Shown here in pieces: positions 63,606 to 64,000 of a stretch of 64,000 nt of DNA (position 1 is the stretch's first letter; every line of letters begins with the position of its first letter). The stretch is from Macrostomum hystrix (Eukaryota; Animalia; Platyhelminthes). The stretch is from assembly GCA_950097015.1 (NCBI GenBank), contig CATNEN010000039.1:10106001-10170000 (forward strand), given 5' to 3'. Both the position numbers and the translations under genes were made by a program. The notes under the pieces are model-generated. The model made no database searches. It was not told the origin of the DNA and saw only the letters and a list, made by a program, of their open reading frames with translations.

Positions 63606-64000
63606 TTAGGAAGCAAATATTTGTTGTAAACAGTTGTCCTACGTTAAATAAAGAGTCTCAAACTAAAATATCGAATTAAAAAATAAACTTTATTTAAAAA
63701 AAACGAACACATCTTCTGAATTGAGTAGGCGCAAAAACACTACTGTAAATAAATCAATTTCGAATAAAAACCCGAGAATTTTTTATTTCATGCTTATTAG
63801 TTTTACAAACGGTTTATTTTATTATTTATTTAGTTTTATTGTTAAAAACAACAATAAATAAAGGTAACCGTTGTTATTCTGCATGATTGAAGTGAAGCAC
63901 CTTTTAAAAATGTTATATATATAATATGTGATTTTTCTAAGAAATATTTCGAGTCTTGAATCAGGTAAAAACACGGGTCTAGATTTATTGAGTTGGCTCT

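Overview
This is eukaryotic (invertebrate animal) genomic DNA, not prokaryotic: it has spliced genes, about 25 minisatellite arrays and nested transposons. The overall style suggests a free-living flatworm such as Macrostomum, but that is inference only. Genes assembled by hand from GT-AG junctions with matching phases: (1) a two-exon amidated neuropeptide-like prohormone (843-6346 +) whose intron holds a 3.9-kb minisatellite; (2) two tandem paralogs of a Ly6/uPAR (three-finger)-like type I membrane protein (12375-13144 and 26723-27541 +); (3) a divergent LKB1/STK11 kinase (31577-33723 +); (4) a six-exon NR2E6/PNR-like nuclear receptor (46257-38283 -); (5) a multi-exon Ser/Arg-rich gene of unknown function (about 58012-63605 -). 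Mobile elements: an internally deleted Helitron with both termini, four hAT-type non-autonomous insertions with 8-bp TSDs, a decayed Ty3/gypsy fragment, a young 5'-truncated RTE-like LINE and a tRNA-derived SINE family. The strongest leads are three. First, the Ly6 paralog ectodomains differ almost only by amino-acid-changing substitutions while the signal peptide, intron and UTRs are nearly identical. Second, one LKB1 intron is SINE sequence almost end to end, with splice sites inside an 8-bp direct repeat (a candidate SINE-created intron). Third, a tandem-RING ORF lies downstream of the gypsy integrase. Most long ORFs in the supplied track are artefacts of stop-free minisatellites.
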